DNA from: Oscillospiraceae bacterium
GTDB taxonomy: Bacteria; Bacillota; Clostridia; Oscillospirales; UBA929
NCBI GenBank assembly: GCA_031549605.1
Contig: JAVBPM010000002.1
Location: 9,254 to 73,253 of the forward strand
Reading direction: 5' to 3'
DNA length: 64,000 bases
Shown here one piece after another: positions 61,109-64,000 of the stretch (its first letter is position 1; every line of letters begins with the position of its first letter). The notes under the pieces are model-generated. The model made no database searches. It saw nothing but the letters and a program-made list of their open reading frames with translations, and was not told the DNA's origin. The translations under genes were made by a program, and so were the position numbers.

Positions 61109-63445
61109 TTAGTCTTTAATTTCCTCGTTGATGTAGGCCTCGATGATGTCGCCTTCCTTGAGGTCGTTGTATTTTTCAATGTTCATGCCGCACTCGTAGC
61201 CCTGCGCCACCTCGCGCGCGTCGTCCTTGAAGCGCTTGAGCGACTCGAGCACGCCCTCGTGCACGACAACGCCGTCACGCAGCAGCCGGACATGGGCGTT
61301 GCGCACGATTTTGCCGTCCTGCACGTAGCATCCGGCGACGGTGCCGACGCCGGTGACCTTGAACACCTGACGCACCTCGGCACGACCCAGCACCACCTCG
61401 CGGAACTTGGGGTCAAGCAGGCCCTTCATGGCCGCCTCCATCTGTTCGATGCACTCGTAGATAACGCGGTAGAGTCGAATGTCGACGTTGTTGCGCGACG
61501 CGCTGTCGCGCGCGGCGGGGTCGGGTCGGACGTTAAAGCCAATCAAGATGGCGTTGGATGTGGCGCTCAGCAGAATGTCATTCTCGCTGATGGCGCCGAC
61601 GCCGACGTGGATAATCTTGACACGCACCTCTTCGTTGCTCAGCTTCTCGAGCGAGGCCTTGACGGCTTCGGCCGAGCCCTGCACGTCGGCCTTGACGACC
61701 AGACGCAGCTCTTTGACCTGACCCTCTTTAATCTGAGCAAAGAGGTTGTCGAGCGACACGGCTGTGCCCGAGCGGCCTTTTTCCTCGCGCTCGGCCTGCT
61801 TGCGCTGATCGACCAGCTCGCGAGCCATGCGCTCGTCCTGAACGGCGAAGAACTGGTCACCGGCGCCCGGCACTTCGGACAGACCCGTGATTTCCACCGG
61901 CACACTGGGCCCGGCCTCGGTCAGCTTCATGCCGTTTTCGTTTTGCATGGCGCGGACGTGGCCAACCGTCATGCCGGCCAGAATAATGTCGCCGACGCGC
62001 AGCGTGCCGTTCTGCACCAGCAGCGTGGCGATAGGCCCGCGGCCTTTATCCAGCCGCGCTTCGATGACCGTGCCCTTACCGGCGCGGTTGGGGTTGGCTT
62101 TGAGCTGCTTCATTTCGGCCGTCAGCATAACCATCTCCAGCAGGTGCTCGATGCCCTCGCCGGTCTTGGCCGAAATCTTGCAAACAACGGTCTCGCCGCC
62201 CCACTCCTCGCTGACCAGGCCGTGCTCGGTCAGCTGCTGCATGATGCGGTCGGGGTTGGCGGCCGGTTTATCCATTTTGTTGACGGCGACGATGATGGGC
62301 ACCTCGGCGGCTCGCGCGTGGTTAATAGCCTCAATCGTCTGCGGCATAATGCCGTCATCGGCGGCGACAACCAGAATGGCAATGTCGGTCGCCATCGCGC
62401 CACGGGCACGCATGGAAGTAAAGGCGGCGTGGCCCGGTGTGTCGAGGAAGGTAATCTTGTGGTCGCCCACCGGCACGCGGTAGGCGCCGATGTGCTGTGT
62501 GATGCCGCCGGCCTCACCGGCCGTGACGCTGGTTTCGCGGATGGCGTCGAGCAGCGACGTTTTGCCGTGGTCGACGTGGCCCATGACCACGACGACGGGG
62601 TCGCGCGGCAGCAGCGCCTCCTCGGCGTCGGCGCTGTCGTCAATGAGGCGCTCCTCGATGGTGACGACGACCTCACGCTCGACCTTAGCGCCCAATTCCA
62701 TGGCGCACAGGCTGGCGGTCTCAAAATCGATAATCTGGCTGAGGCTGGCCATTACGCCCAGCTTCATCAGCTGTTTGACAACCTCGGTGCCCGTTTTCTT
62801 CATGCGCGAAGCCAGCTCGGCGACTGAAATCTCGTCGCCGATGGTGACTTTAATGGGCTGCTTTTTCAGCGCCTCCAACTGCAGGCGGCGCATCTTTTCC
62901 TGCTCCTCCTGACGGCGCTTTTGACTGACAAAGCCGGGCTTCTTATCAGCGGCACGCTTAATCTTCTGCTTGCCCTGCTGCGGCTGCATTTTGTCGGCGT
63001 AGTGCGGCACAACGGTGTCGATGCGCTCGTCGTACTTGGACAGGTCAACCTGTCCGCCGCGCGTGTCGACGGTGCGTGTGCGCTCACCGGTAAACTTCGG
63101 CTGCGTCGTCAGCTGGCCCGGCTTGGGCTGCTCGCCGGCCACGGGGGCAGTCGGCTGCCCTGCGGTGGGCGCTGCCGGTGTTGTCGGCTGCGCTACCGGC
63201 TCAGGCTCAGGGGCCTTAGGCGGCTCGGGCTCGTGGTAGGTCTCGGCAAAGACGACAGCAATGTCTTCGATTTGGTGGTGTTGCGTGATGTAATCAAAGA
63301 CAAGGTTCAGTTCATCGTCGGTCAGCGCCTGCATATGGTTTTTGGGCGCAGTTGCATAGTCGGTCAGAATGTCCGACACGACCTTCGATGGCAGATTGAG
63401 GTCTTTGGCCACCTCGTGGACCCGATATTTATTGATGTTACTCAC
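61109..63445 (-). CDS. infB: Translation initiation factor IF-2
   Basis: 778 aa with the G-domain motifs [24 protein letters not shown] and NKMD. Confidence 0.97.
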   Translation of the reverse strand: MSNINKYRVHEVAKDLNLPSKVVSDILTDYATAPKNHMQALTDDELNLVFDYITQHHQIEDIAVVFAETYHEPEPPKAPEPEPVAQPTTPAAPTAGQPTAPVAGEQPKPGQLTTQPKFTGERTRTVDTRGGQVDLSKYDERIDTVVPHYADKMQPQQGKQKIKRAADKKPGFVSQKRRQEEQEKMRRLQLEALKKQPIKVTIGDEISVAELASRMKKTGTEVVKQLMKLGVMASLSQIIDFETASLCAMELGAKVEREVVVTIEERLIDDSADAEEALLPRDPVVVVMGHVDHGKTSLLDAIRETSVTAGEAGGITQHIGAYRVPVGDHKITFLDTPGHAAFTSMRARGAMATDIAILVVAADDGIMPQTIEAINHARAAEVPIIVAVNKMDKPAANPDRIMQQLTEHGLVSEEWGGETVVCKISAKTGEGIEHLLEMVMLTAEMKQLKANPNRAGKGTVIEARLDKGRGPIATLLVQNGTLRVGDIILAGMTVGHVRAMQNENGMKLTEAGPSVPVEITGLSEVPGAGDQFFAVQDERMARELVDQRKQAEREEKGRSGTAVSLDNLFAQIKEGQVKELRLVVKADVQGSAEAVKASLEKLSNEEVRVKIIHVGVGAISENDILLSATSNAILIGFNVRPDPAARDSASRNNVDIRLYRVIYECIEQMEAAMKGLLDPKFREVVLGRAEVRQVFKVTGVGTVAGCYVQDGKIVRNAHVRLLRDGVVVHEGVLESLKRFKDDAREVAQGYECGMNIEKYNDLKEGDIIEAYINEEIKD

Positions 63446-63470
63446 AGTATGCGCCGCCTCCTAAGACATT

Positions 63471-63785
63471 TCAGCTTTTTTCGTTAATACTCTTCTCTAT
63501 TTCACGCGCCAGTCCGGCGTCGATGACGGCCGCCATGGCGCAAAGGGGTAATCCCAGTGCTTTGCCCAGTGCTAGCGTTGTGCAGTCCAGCACCATGAGT
63601 GGTGCGTTTGCGCGGCGGGCGTGGGCTTCGGCCCGCTTTTTGGTGTTGTCGCTGGCGTCACTGGCCAGCACGACGAGGTGAACTTTTGAGCGGCGCTGTG
63701 ACGCCTCGGCCACCGACGGTTCGCCGACAGCCAGCCGTCCGGCACGGCGGCAAAGGCCCAGCAGTCGCAGCACCTTGTCATTCAT
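63471..63785 (-). CDS. ylxQ: L7Ae-family RNA-binding protein YlxQ
   Basis: 104 aa (LLGLCRRAGRLAVGEPSV...VVLASDASDNTKKR), located between ylxR and infB. Confidence 0.8.
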   Translation of the reverse strand: MNDKVLRLLGLCRRAGRLAVGEPSVAEASQRRSKVHLVVLASDASDNTKKRAEAHARRANAPLMVLDCTTLALGKALGLPLCAMAAVIDAGLAREIEKSINEKS

Positions 63786-64000
63786 GCGCCGGCCCCGCTT
63801 TGAGCGCCTCGTAAATGGCCGCGTCGACCGGCACCTTGAGGTGCCGCTCCAGCGCCCGGCTCTTTTGCGCCTTGGTGTGACAGGCGGGGTTGCCGCAGAG
63901 GTAGGCGCCGCGCCCGTTAAGCTTGCCGGCGATGTCGATCACAACCTGCCGGTCGGGCGTCAGCACGACACGCCGCAGCCGGTTCTTGGGCAGTTCCGCG
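63778..64000 (-). CDS. ylxR: YlxR (DUF448) RNA-binding protein, C-terminal part; gene runs off the right edge
   Basis: The reading frame stays open upstream of the track ORF start, reading AELPKNRLRRVVLTPDRQVVIDIAGKLNGRGAYLCGNPACH. This matches the YlxR pattern, so the N-terminus lies beyond 64000. Confidence 0.75.
   Translation of the reverse strand, partial: AELPKNRLRRVVLTPDRQVVIDIAGKLNGRGAYLCGNPACHTKAQKSRALERHLKVPVDAAIYEALKAGPAHE

Overview
This is a high-GC (about 60%) Clostridia-type chromosomal segment. Sporulation genes (SpoIID, SpoVB-like flippase, SPL-type radical SAM) and SLH-domain surface proteins suggest an Oscillospiraceae-like spore former, but that assignment is inference only. 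No database search was possible, so all calls rest on motif recognition in the supplied translations and on my own reading of the DNA.

The window is mostly core housekeeping:
- the L7Ae-rpsL-rpsG-fusA-tuf operon
- the ylxR-ylxQ-infB-rbfA-nrnA-truB operon
- carAB, gdhA and a type III glutamine synthetase
- nifS-nifU, ispE-hisH-hisF and recD2
- a TPP riboswitch with thiT
- a MarR-controlled heterodimeric ABC exporter
- an NfeD/SPFH pair and two large SLH cell-surface proteins
- at the left edge, the start of a pilus-type locus (SARP-like regulator, sortase, transglutaminase-like protein, T2SS-F/PilC)

I found no rRNA, tRNA, CRISPR array, transposase, phage or recognisable defence genes.

The most unusual signal is a non-coding repeat family of about 250 bp with terminal inverted repeats. 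It occurs three times (21533-21783, 34558-34805, 51284-51532), always between convergent genes. Each copy is bracketed by a direct duplication of a different, locus-specific 29-34 bp terminator-like hairpin. This looks like insertion with duplication of a whole hairpin.

Secondary observations:
- a terminator-containing leader of about 180 nt upstream of gdhA with no recognisable riboswitch class
- a conserved 43-nt box directly after both the rpsL and rpsG stop codons
- a degenerate-GGDEF SARP regulator next to a sortase/transglutaminase/pilus cluster
- a 3 x 498 bp in-frame tandem repeat in an SLH protein
- an ABC exporter with an extracytoplasmic insert of about 160 aa

Many track ORFs are over-extended at the N-terminus or are antisense high-GC artefacts. 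Starts were re-picked where an SD motif or known N-terminus supported it.
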